This document shows positions 26,207 through 38,400 of a stretch of DNA of 64,000 nucleotides, piece by piece (position 1 is the first letter of the stretch; each line of letters begins with the position of its first letter). The notes below the pieces were generated by a model. It was not told the origin of the DNA. It made no database searches and was given only the letters and a program-made list of their open reading frames with translations. The DNA is from Paraphysomonas bandaiensis (lineage: Eukaryota; Protista; Chrysophyceae): NCBI GenBank assembly GCA_965644295.1, contig CBFFRP010000427.1, positions 83,167-147,166 on the forward strand, in the 5' to 3' direction. The position numbers were made by a program, and so were the translations under genes.

Positions 26207-26886
26207 CAGAGTCTGGTAACCGCTAATGATAATTGCGTTAATGGTAATGCCATTATAATCGCCGGGAACTGGGCACCCACAAATGGGCCATTGATGGCAT
26301 TTACTTGTACTTGATATACGCTATAAAGAAATGAAGTGTTTTAAAGATATAGTATCTTCTCTATACTCCAAAAAAACTCTAAACAATGTTAAGCAATGTT
26401 CATGCAACTCTACAGCTACTTTGTGGCAAAGGGAGCTCGACTTAGTACCTATGAGTCCAACTACCGCAACTTGCTTCATATCGAAGCACAATCTAATGTT
26501 GTCGAGAAGATCTTTAGTTGTGCAGTGTTGGTTATGACACCTGAGCGTAGAAACATTAATCCATATAGTCCAGAGTCGTTGCTATCCCTAAAACCCAATC
26601 ACATGTTGTGGGATGCTAACATTCTTCATGAAGCCCAGCAAGAAGATCCTGAAGTGCCAGTTGAGAGCGAAAATGATGATGATATGTAGATACGATTTGT
26701 ACACAGTTACTTCACTAAATTAGTTATTGAGGAAGCACCACACTATCTATTATAAGCGGTATTATCTACTTAGGTATTAATGCCCATTAATGCCATAATA
26801 ATTACCGGGACATTTTTCATTAATGGCATTATAATTGCCGGTAACTGCATTTCCATTACTGGGCAACTAATGGTTACCAGGCCTTG
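26207..26886 (+). mobile_element. Non-autonomous hAT element (680 bp) with a dimerisation-domain remnant
   Basis: Imperfect TIRs cagagtctggtaacc / ggttaccaggccttg and a 7/8 TSD attcagta..attcaata. Internal ORF 26396-26689 reads SNVVEKIFSCAVLVMTPERRNINP..LLSLKPNHMLW. Confidence 0.8.
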
Positions 26887-26904
26887 ATTCAATATATGGT
26901 TAAG

Positions 26905-27309
26905 CAGTAGTGAATGTCTGACTATTAGCAATATAAAGGCGTTTAAGAGTCAAAACTAATGTAGCAAAATAATTAACTACCTAGTGCTTAAATTAGATAT
27001 CCTACTATTTAACGCTACGAAAGCTGCTTGTGCGTCACCGCAAGCGCCAAGGTGCAACCACTTTTGCTCTCTGTCGTTAAGGTGAACAGCCCGGATGCTT
27101 GACTTCAGTAGGCAACCAATACCCCGGTAACCCTTGAGGTGGGCCCATTCCCGATATCCTGTTCATTCGTCAAGGCCTAAAGATGTCTACACAAGCATTC
27201 GACTATGAGTGGGCAGAACGTTATTGCTGACTATACATGCGGCCGACGTTAGTTTTCCAGAGAATTATCTCCGGTACTTATCCCCCATAATACCACGAAA
27301 AGGTGCGAG
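26905..27309 (-). mobile_element. Full-length copy of the non-autonomous retroposon family
   Basis: Same head (..ccacga.aaggtgcgag), body (cccttgaggt.g.cccattcc) and tail (aagctgcttgtgcgtcaccgcaagc.ccaaggtgcaaccact) as 3808-4311. Confidence 0.75.
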
Positions 27310-27491
27310 GTCATAACCGTTACATCAATAATACAGTATTATATGAATTTTTTTGATAGGCTATGAGATAGCATAGATACACTGAAATATTGAAATATAT
27401 AGACTGTACAAGACCGACGATGACTATCTAATATCTGATAGTATTGATGTATTGATGTTTTGATTGGTAGTTGAGATGATATAAATCTACT

Positions 27492-29015
27492 CAGGCTTGC
27501 GTAACCATTAATGGTAATGGCCATTAATGGCCTTCCCCCATAAAAAAGCAATTCATTAATGGCCATAAAAATGGGGGAGAGATGTAGTGCCCATTAATGG
27601 CCATTAATGGCAATATCCATTAGTTAGTATCCAGTTGTCAGCATCATGTAAGAATACGTGACAAGCCACGACCTTCCGGTGCATTATTAGTTATTAATAT
27701 ATTATATACGTATTTAAGTCATTTAAACAATCTGTTTTAAGAATTCATATAAATTCTATTGATGTGATAACATCACAATCATGTTGTGAATGTTAACATG
27801 AATTGATTGTGCCACCTTCTTTTCTAGTTTTAAATTCACAGCCCAGCCACTTGTCAGCATAAGCAATAAGAACTTTATGTAATATATTATAATACAAGAA
27901 GGTAAAGATATGTAAAGACTGTGAGTATATAGTGAATAAAAGCAATAAACGGAGACTTTAATTTAAACGAGAAGAAATTACAACACGAGTGGCTCGATCA
28001 TATTTGGTTACAAAATTCATCAAGGTTACGAAAAGTATCTGGTTATGCTGCTTGTCTTAGAAATGACACACGCTGGAACTCTGTCCATCATTCATGGAAT
28101 CGGTATTTGTTACTTTCTCCTGTGTTGACTTGTGATAATTTTAATGACGATGTTACTGACTTACTACCTTCTGTACCACAGCACCGACGGATCGCGCAAG
28201 TAACATCAGACCTTGCTAAGTGTAACGAAGTCGCATTGATGCTGCAGAAATCGTCTGTAGATCATTATGTTGTGCGTAGCATGTTCGACAAACTTATTGA
28301 AAACTTTCCAGATATGGAACAGTATCTTGGTGCTAATGCTACCATTACAACTGACCCATTATTCGAGAGAGCTGTTGTGAAGATCCAAAGCCAACTGGAG
28401 AATACTCTGACTGTTGCAGAATCTAAAACCGTTAAGGGCTATCTCCTTGCGGCTCATAAGGATGACGATAGCAGTGGCGATGATGAAACGGGGGAAACAG
28501 GAGGATTTGCTGTGGATATAGTGAGAGAAGCTGTGGCAAAAAAGGCAAAGAACAGCAGGAGAGCCACTAAATATCGCTCCATGAATCATTTGGTGACGAC
28601 TTCCAATATTGTTGAGCGATTATTTAGCAGAGCAAAACTTATTAGGAGAGACCAGCGCAAGCTAATGGAACCCCAACATTTGGAGCTGCTACTCTTTTTG
28701 CGTTGCAACAAATTCTTATGGAACGAAGTTACCATTGATGATATTATAGTTGCTGATGATGTTTAAGAATATTGTTCGCATTAGCTATCTGACCTGACTG
28801 TAACATGGGAACGAACTGCTCATCATTGCTGTTAAATAGCTAGTACTTAGTCTAATTATTAACACTTTCCATTTACTTCTTTCTAAAGCAATAAAGCAAT
28901 AGTAATCAAACCATAAATGGTCCATTAATGGCCATAAAAATGGTGGGATTTTTAAAATTAATGGCCATAAAAATGGGGGAAGCAAAGCGTCGCCATTAAT
29001 GGTTACGCAAGCCTG
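27492..29015 (+). mobile_element. hAT DNA transposon, internally deleted (1524 bp)
   Basis: Perfect 23-bp TIR caggcttgcgtaaccattaatgg and perfect 8-bp TSD aatctact (27484-27491, 29016-29023). Subterminal ccattaatgg repeats. ORF 28107-28766 carries the hAT dimerisation motif TSNIVERLFSRAKL..LELLLFLR. Confidence 0.95.
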
Positions 29016-29453
29016 AATCTACTGAATGACAATGAAGGATTCTATACTAATTCAAATTTTACTCATGGAATTGAATGAGTCCAGCGTTTAGTACATAAGT
29101 TATTTTACCACCCGAATGTCAAATTCACAATTATTATATTTTTCAGAGTATTGAGTACTAAATAGAATTGCGATTACTAGTCATGTTAGAAAAAGCCACG
29201 CAATAACATATCACGGGGTTCACTATCGTAACATTAAAATAGTAGCACCGCATCACAAAGTTATTACTAAATATTATGACCCACACGAGTGTACTTATAT
29301 CGCAACGAATCTTACAGCACGACTGAAAGCTCACACTAGTATCGAAACTACAAAAAATGATAACGTGTACTACCTATTAGCTAGCTACATCATATTTATA
29401 ATTGGTAAACAACATGGAAAATCCTAAATAGCTATATCAACAAATATCCGGTT

Positions 29454-32400
29454 TCACTCAGTGCGGAGAGACTTGGGTACGTTTTCCTGCAAGAGGTCAA
29501 CTTCCTCCTTCAAGATTTTTACGTCAGCAAACATATTTTCCAACAAAATATCGTAACTCCTATCGATGTCTGCATAGTCATACGTACGCTGATCGAGATC
29601 GCGGACCGCTTCCACTATAACTGGGATAAGCTCAATATATTTTACACCCAGGTATTGACCATTGTGAGTTTTCGTAACTATGTCGGGGAGTACTTCTTGT
29701 ACATCCTGGGCAATCACACCCAAGTGAGTTTCATTTTTTCCATCACTCATAATCGAATCTGCCGCCCATTTGTAGTATACCCCTCTTATTTTTGAAACCT
29801 TGGCAAGTGAATCCCGAATAGTTGTAATATCGGACTTAAGTCTCCTATCTGAGTCGACCGTAGGGTTTCCTTGGAACCATATATTACCATACACTGTTAG
29901 TCCATTTGTAATATACACTCCGCCGCTCAGAACAGACAGACCTTCTGTGATCTGTACCCCACTATCATCGATAGTCATTCCATCAAGCTGTATATATAAA
30001 CCACTGTTGTACACAGTAAGTCCATTCGAAACTCGCAGACCACCAGCTCTAACAGTCGCCCCACCACCTCGTACATACACTCCTGTATCTTCAACCGTTA
30101 ATCCTCCAGTCACTTCAATGCCTCCACTTTTAACAGATATACCGTTTGTAATCACGGCACCACCCCTCACAGATAATCCACTAGTAAGTCCCATACCACC
30201 AGAAAGTATACTTATACCTCCAGCATTTACGACCAGACCCTCCGAATCAATGGTAAGGCCTCCGGCATCCATAAACATACCACCGTCTGTAATAGTCATG
30301 CCAGACGGCACAGTCATACCACTCAAAGAATTCAGACCGCCGGTATACACTGTTACACCACCGGTAACACGCGCACCACCAACGTGTACAGACACACCTC
30401 CAGTTAACTGCATACCTCCAGTTTTTACACTTACTCCATCAGTTACCTTGAGTCCACTTAGGCTCACAGTAATACCGCCTAACGATTTTATTCCACTGTT
30501 TCCCACAGACAACCCAGATGTAATAGCCACGCCAGCACTCAAAACGGACACTCCATCCGTTACTTTCATTCCTCCGCTGTTGACTGTGGCACCTCCAGTT
30601 ACAACAATGCCGGTGTTGTATACGGTTAAGGCATCAGAAACTCTTAAGCCACCAGCTTTAATAGATACTCCAACGATAGGAATCAATGCCCCACTATTAT
30701 ACACAGTTAAACCGTGCGATACACCGACCCCACCATTGTGGAGAGATAATCCATCAGTTACAACCGCACCACCAATAACAGAGAGTCCGCCGGTTAGACG
30801 CAGGCCTCCAGTAAATATAGTTTCTCCGCCTCCAATTTTCACACCAGCCGCAACTACACTTAATCCAGTAGCACTTACATGAAGTCCACCAGTGTCTATT
30901 GTAGCGCCCGACTGTATAGTCAGATCGAGAGCATGAAAGCCACCATCATATACTGTCATGCCGTCAGTTGTGCGTAGTCCACTATTGGTTACGCTCATAC
31001 CACCACGGAGTGCCACACCACCAATGGCGACAGTTAACCCGCTAGTAACTTTGAAGCCAGATGATGACACAGTCACGCCTCCCTTAACTTTGATTCCGTC
31101 ACCAGGAAATGTAAGACCACCATCCGTAATATCTAGACCTCCAGCAATTACAGTCAGACCGGTGTTCGGCAGCGTCAGGCCACCAGACACTACAAACCCA
31201 CCGTTACTTATAGACAACCCCCCAGTGGCAATGAAACCATCAGATGGCACGGACATCCCTCCCTTTGCTTTCAACCCGCCAGCATTAATTGTTGCACCTT
31301 TCGCTGTTATATACAAACCACCAGAGTTGATTGTGGCTCCACTGGTAACCACAAAACCACCGGTTCGTACAGTTGCACCACCTTCAGTACGGAGCCCGCT
31401 GTTAATAGCAGAGAGACCACCATCGACAACCAAACCGCCGTGGTCAATAGTCAACCCATGCGACTGAACGAATATACCACCTTGAGTAACAGTCAAGCCC
31501 TGTTCCACCGTCCCTGCTTTTCTGGCATAAAAATTACCCGAATCCAGAGTAAGTCCACCAGTAGTCTTCATACCACCGCTCAAAACGGATAACCCCCCTG
31601 TTATGAATGCGGCAGCATTAAAAATTGTGAGTCCACCTGAAACACCTGTTCCGCCTGCTGCTACAGAGACACCATCGGTAACAACATTCAAACCGCCCTG
31701 GGAAATTGTTTGGCCTCCAGCAGACACTTCTATACCAACAGTTGACACTGTCAGTCCAGTACCTACTGTTGCACCACCCGTAATAGCAGTAGCACCGCCC
31801 ATTTGAGCACCACCACCTGTTGTTATGCCACCAAGAGCATTCAATCCACCATTCTGTACACAAAGGCCACCAGTGACACGAGCTCCAGCACTGTGGACAG
31901 AAAAGCCATTAGTAACCCTCATGCCACCTGTGCTTATGGATGCGCCCCCATTGAAGTACACTCCAGCAGTACCCACTGATATACCAGCAGTAACATGCAT
32001 GCCGCTGGCTACACGGCCAAACCCATTGACATATAACCCACTATTATAAACAGTTACACCGCCAGACACTCTAACACCACCAGAAACTACTGAAGCACCA
32101 GCAGCTTCTACGAACACCCCACCAGAAGAAGCAGTAACTCTTCCAGCTACCTTCATTCCATCAGAAACAACAGTCATACCACCATCTGATAACACGAATC
32201 CACCATCAACCGTGCCACCCCCGGTCACAACCATGCCGTTCGCATTCACTGACAAACCGCCAGCAGTGACATATACACCGCCAGATCCGACCGTAGAACC
32301 ACCAGTGACGTATAGCCCATCTCTAACAACTGAAACGCCGCCCGTGACCTTCATACCACCTGAAAAAATTGTGCCTCCAGCTGTTACTTTCATCCCAGCA

Positions 32401-35400
32401 GCAGCAACACTAAGTCCTTCAGCACTCATCATCAAACCTCCTTCGACTATAGTTGCACCACCAGTCACCTTAACTCCACCTGTCCATACCGTCGCCCCAC
32501 CAGTTACTGCCACGCCATTAAGAGCGACCGACCCACCACCAGATCCCACTACTAGCCCGTCACTATCAACTGTGACACCTCCAGTCACCTTTACACCACC
32601 ACTGCTAACTGTTACGCCTCCTGCTACTTTTAGTCCGGTAGCAGCAATCGTTGCCCCATCCGCTGTTACAACTAACCCGTCGTCATTAACAGTTAATCCT
32701 CCAGTGAAGCTTCCACCTCCGGCGTACACACTTAAACCGCCGGATGCTCTGAAGCCAGAGTTATATACTGACACGCCTTGAGACACTTGCAACCCTCCTG
32801 ATGTAATTTTAGTTGCGCCTGCAACAATCATTCCGGAATCAAGTACAGAGATGCCACCTGCAGCTGTCATACCGGAGGCGGAAATACTTAGACCAGCTTC
32901 AGACGTTAACCCAGCACTGTTAACAGTGAGACCGCCAGTCCCAACAACGCCACCAATAGTAGTAAGGCCGCCAGCAGACACATATACACCTCCGGTAGAT
33001 ACTGTTACAGCAGAGGTGACTTTAAAACCAGCGGATCCGATCGACAATCCGCTCCGTACCATCATTCCGCCATCAAATACACTGTGACCACCAGTTATCT
33101 GTAGTCCTCCCACTCGCACCGATAATCCGCCAGTAACTGTAACTCCATTAGACATAACTGAGAGCCCCCCAGTAACTTTCATTCCGAGGGAAGCAACAGT
33201 TACACCTCCAGTCACTGTTGCTCCTTCACTGTTAATAGTCATACCGTCCGTTAGCCGTAAGCCATCATCAAATATTGTTAAACCATCTGTTGTAATTTCT
33301 ACACCTAAGCTGGCCCGAAATAAGGCTGATGAAACAAGTGCTGCTCCAGATACAGTGGCGCCACCAACTATTTTCATGCCTCCAGCAGAAACAGTAGTAC
33401 CACCATCAATAACTAGACCATCGTCCATAATACTGGCACCTCCAGTGACTCGCATACCGTCCATTTGGACCGAGAGCCCTGCCGTGCGTACGAGTAAACC
33501 ACCAGTCAATATCGAGGTCCCTCCGGTGATCACCAGACCACTGTCTTGAATGCTCACTCCACCAGTAGCTTTCATCCCAGCAGCAGCAACACTAAGTCCT
33601 TCAGCACTCACCATCAAACCTCCTTCAACAATACTTGCACCACCAGTCACCTTAACTCCACCTGTCCATACCGTCGCCCCACCAGTTACCGTCATGCCAT
33701 TAAGAGCGACTGACCCACCCCCAGAGCCTACTACCAGTCCACCACCATCTACAGTGAGACTTCCAGTCACCTTTACACCACCACTACTTACAGTTGAACC
33801 ATCGGCTGATACTTTAAGGCCCGCTGAGGCAACAGTAACACCCCCTTTTTGAAGAACCACACCTACATTTCTAACTGTTGCGCCGCCAGTTAATTTCATT
33901 CCACCAGTTACAATAGTCAAACCAGTGTTCGGTAAAATCATCCCCGCATCAATGGTAGCTCCTCCAGTGACAACAACACCTTCAGCCTCCACAGAAACCC
34001 CTCCACTGCTAATATACACACCTCCGCTACTTACAGTGGTGCCCCCAGCTACCTTCAGGCCGTTTGAACTCACAGTTCCACCACCACCAGCTGATACGCC
34101 ACCATTTGATACAACTATGCCGTCACTTCCAACAGTCATACCTCCAGTCGTAACAACCAATCCGGCACTGACTGTGCCCTGGTTACGGATGAACAGTCCA
34201 ACCGTCTCAATCGTAGATCCTCCAGTTGTCGACAGCCCACTAGAAACGGCAGATATACCAGCAGATACCTTTAGCCCTCCAGACTGAACAGAAGTTCCAC
34301 CCGTGACTTTCATACCTGCAGAAAATACAGTGGCCCCTCCTTTGACGAGAAATCCATCGGCTTCTACTGTAACGCCCCCAGCAAGTACATACAAGCCTCC
34401 AGTCGTCACTGTTTCTCCACCTTTAATCGCCACACCACCACTATTTACCGTTACACCATCTGTAACAGTCATCCCAGATGAGTGCACAGTCAATCCACCC
34501 GCAGCTATGGACACCCCATTGTTGAATGTACCACCACCGGACACAGTCGTCCCGCCCGTGACAACAACACCACCCGTAACTTTCAGACCACCTGCCATAA
34601 TACTTGCACCAGCCGTTACTTTAATTCCATCGGCATTTATAGATACGCCACCCTTTGTAACGTAAATTCCAGTATCATCGACAGTAAGCCCACCGGTAGT
34701 GGACACACCGTTGTCGTAGACAGTCAATCCATCGGATACTTGTAGCCCCCCTCCATTGAGGGCAACACCACCAGATGTTAACGTAACACCTCCGTCTACA
34801 GTAGCTCCACCTGTAACATAGAGACCGCTTGCCTTCACTGATAATCCCGTGGCTAGAACATAAATTCCTCCGGTCGAAACTGTGGTGCCACCTGTCACAG
34901 CCAAGCCTGCTTGGGACTCCAATCGATTGCTCAAGGTTGTACCTGTGACAGTGATATCACCAGTAACATGTGCTCCACCCAGAAGTACGGTGACACCACC
35001 GGTGACCTTCATACCGCCCAGCGATGTAGTAGTCCCTCCAGTGGCTTTCATCCCAGCAGCAGCAACACTAAGTCCTTCAGCACTCACCATCAAACCTCCT
35101 TCAACAATACTTGCACCACCTGTCACCTTAACTCCACCTGTCCATACCGTCGCCCCACCAGTTACCGTCATGCCATTAAGAGCGACTGACCCACCCCCAG
35201 AGCCTACTACCAGTCCACCACCATCTACAGTGAGACTTCCAGTCACCTTTACACCACCACTACTTACAGTTGAACCATCGGCTGATACTTTAAGGCCCCC
35301 TGAGGCAACAGTCATTCCGCCCCCTGTAATGTACACTCCTCCAGTACTGACTGTTACCCCACCGTCAACTTTCATTCCGTCATCCGAAATGCTCATTCCA

Positions 35401-38400
35401 TCGTCTGCAACCTCGACCCCACCATCAACGCTTACACCACCAGTTGCGTCTATACCATTGGCAGCCACCTCTAAGCCATTAGTTGCAACTCGAATACCAC
35501 CTGTAAACACTGTGACACCACCAGATACTTTCAAGCCTTCATTGCGAAGTGATACTCCTCCAGTGACCTTCAATCCATTACTAAGGATAGTGAACCCGCC
35601 AGTGACACCGGCCCCATTGGTATAAATATTAAGTACTCCAGCATCTAACCATAGCCCAGTGTCCATAATAGTAAAACCCCCATTAGTAATATACTGACCA
35701 CCCGTCGACACCGTTGCACCGCCAGTAACTTTCAGACCACTATTTAAAATCGATACACCGTCTTCAAAACTGGCACCTGAGGAGAGTACTTCCAATTTAT
35801 TCTTTATTTTCAATCCTCCTGAATTGACAGTACCACCACCAGAAATAGCGAAGCCAGCAGCAGCAACAGATAGCCCACCAACGTTTACTTTGGTCCCACC
35901 ACCAACAACTGTTCCTCCACCAATAGCTCTAAATCCATCACTACTGATGGTCAAGCCACCATCTGATAACACGAATCCACCATCAACCGTGCCACCCCCG
36001 GTCACAACCATGCCGTTCGCATTCACTGACAAACCGCCAGCAGTGACATATACACCGCCAGATCCGACCGTGGATGCACCAGTGACGTATAGTCCATCTC
36101 TAACAACTGAAACGCCGCCCGTGACCTTCAACCCATCCGCAGCGATACTCTGGCCAACATTATTGACATGAAAACCACCATGCTTAATGGTTAAGCCATT
36201 GGCATTTATCCACACACCACCATCCACTATAGTTTTGCCGCCGATAATCTGACTTCCCGTTGTCCACACTGTCTGACCACCAGTAATGGTCAAACCGTTA
36301 CCAGCAATAGAGACACCACCATTTGATACCACATTACCACCAGCATTAATACTTACACCGCCTGCAGCCTGCAAACCCCCAGAGAATACAGTGGATCCGC
36401 CAGTAACAGTGACACCATCAGCATCAACTGATAAACCATTCAACTGAACCAGTAAACCCCCGGAACTAACGGTCGTTCCATCAGCTATCTTCATTCCATC
36501 AGAAACAACAGTCATACCACCATCTGATAACACGAATCCACCATCAACCGTGCCACCCCCGGTCACAACCATGCCGTTCGCATTCACTGACAAACCGCCA
36601 GCAGTGACATATACACCGCCAGATCCGACCGTAGAACCACCAGTGACGTATAGCCCATCTCTAACAACTGAAACGCCGCCCATGACCTTCATACCACCTG
36701 AAAAAATTGTGCCTCCAGCTGTTACTTTCATCCCAGCAGCAGCAACACTAAGTCCTTCAGCACTCACCATCAAACCTCCTTCAACAATAGTTGCACCACC
36801 AGTCACCTTAACTCCACCTGTCCATACCGTCGCCCCACCAGTTACTGTAAGACCGTTGCGCGCTATTGCCCCACCACCAGAGCCTACTATCAGTCCGCCA
36901 CTATCAACTGTGACACCTCCAGTCACTTTCATGCCGCCGTGAACAACTGTCGCCCCACCACTAGATGTCAAGCCTCCGACTTCAACAGTAACTCCAGCTT
37001 TGTCAACGACGATACCACCAGCATTGACTGTCAGGCCGCCTCCAGTGACATACACACCACCATTTGTCACACTGACACCACCCGTTGTGACTACACCATC
37101 ACCAACGGTACTGCCACCTACTACTCTGAGTCCAGTCCCCGATAGTGTGATTCCATCAGCACTAATAACTACCCCTCCACTGACAACAGTGAGGCCTTCA
37201 CGCACTTTGAGTCCAAAACTCGAGACAGTGCCACCACCAGTCAATGTAAAGCCGCGAGACGAAACACTGATACCATTAGTCACCTTCAACCCACCTGCTA
37301 TACTCTGTCCTCCGTTAGAAATGGCTAAACCAGTGCCCGCGATAGTTCCACCATCGACAATGTACATTCCACCTTTCGCAATAGTTAGCCCACCAGATAC
37401 CTTCAAGCCCATATCAGTAATGCTAGACCCTCCCTTAACTTTAAAGCCATCCTTATACACAGTGCCACCTCCAGTTACAGTGAGCCCATGGGCAAGTACA
37501 GATATTCCACCGGTCGTTACAACCATACCTTCTTGTACAGTCAACCCAGAGCTAGCAACGTAAAGCCCCCCTGTTGATACTGTGCTGCCGCCATTGACAA
37601 CCAACCCTGCAGTATTCACAGTTATACCTCCAGTGGAGGTCAGTCCCCCAGTAAAAATAGTGCCCCCACTTGTGATCCTCATTCCTGTACCTTCAACAGA
37701 CACACCGCCATCAACGACTTTAATACCCTCGGTTGACAACGTTACACCATCTATAACAGTGACGCCAGCATCGTAAACTGTTAGCCCAGCTGAAATCTGC
37801 ATACCTCTCATTTTCACTGTGCCAGAGGAAACAACCACACCTTCATCACTTACTGTCAATCCGCTCTTAATCCAAGTTCCTCCTGTATCGACAGTTGTGC
37901 CATCAGTAACTCGCAATCCACTCGACACAACACTTTTTCCACCAATGACCTTAGAACCACCACCTGTTATCGTTAGTCCCCCAGCACTCACCATCAAACC
38001 TCCTTCGACTATAGTTGCACCACCAGTCACCTTAACTCCACCTGTCCATACCGTCGCCCCACCAGTTACTGCCACGCCATTAAGAGCGACCGACCCACCA
38101 CCAGAGCCTACTATCAGTCCGCCACTATCAACTGTGACACTTCCAGTAACCTTCACGGAGCCACTGTTAATTGTTGCACCTCCAGCTACATTAAATCCAC
38201 CTCCGGAAACAGATAACCCAGTTTTCAAAACGCTAAAACCATCATTTCCGACTGTTGCACCGCCAGTTAATTTCAGTCCACCAGTCACGATTGTCAGGCC
38301 AGTGTTCGGCAAAACCACACCCGCATCAATAGTAGATCCCCCTGTAACTCTAAAGCCAACCGTTGTAACAAATACACCACCGCTCTTAATATTCAATCCT

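Noticed and set aside
27500-27625. Repeated ccattaatgg units as a CRISPR-like array
   Set aside because: Spacing is irregular and the units are confined to hAT subterminal regions, consistent with transposase-binding motifs.
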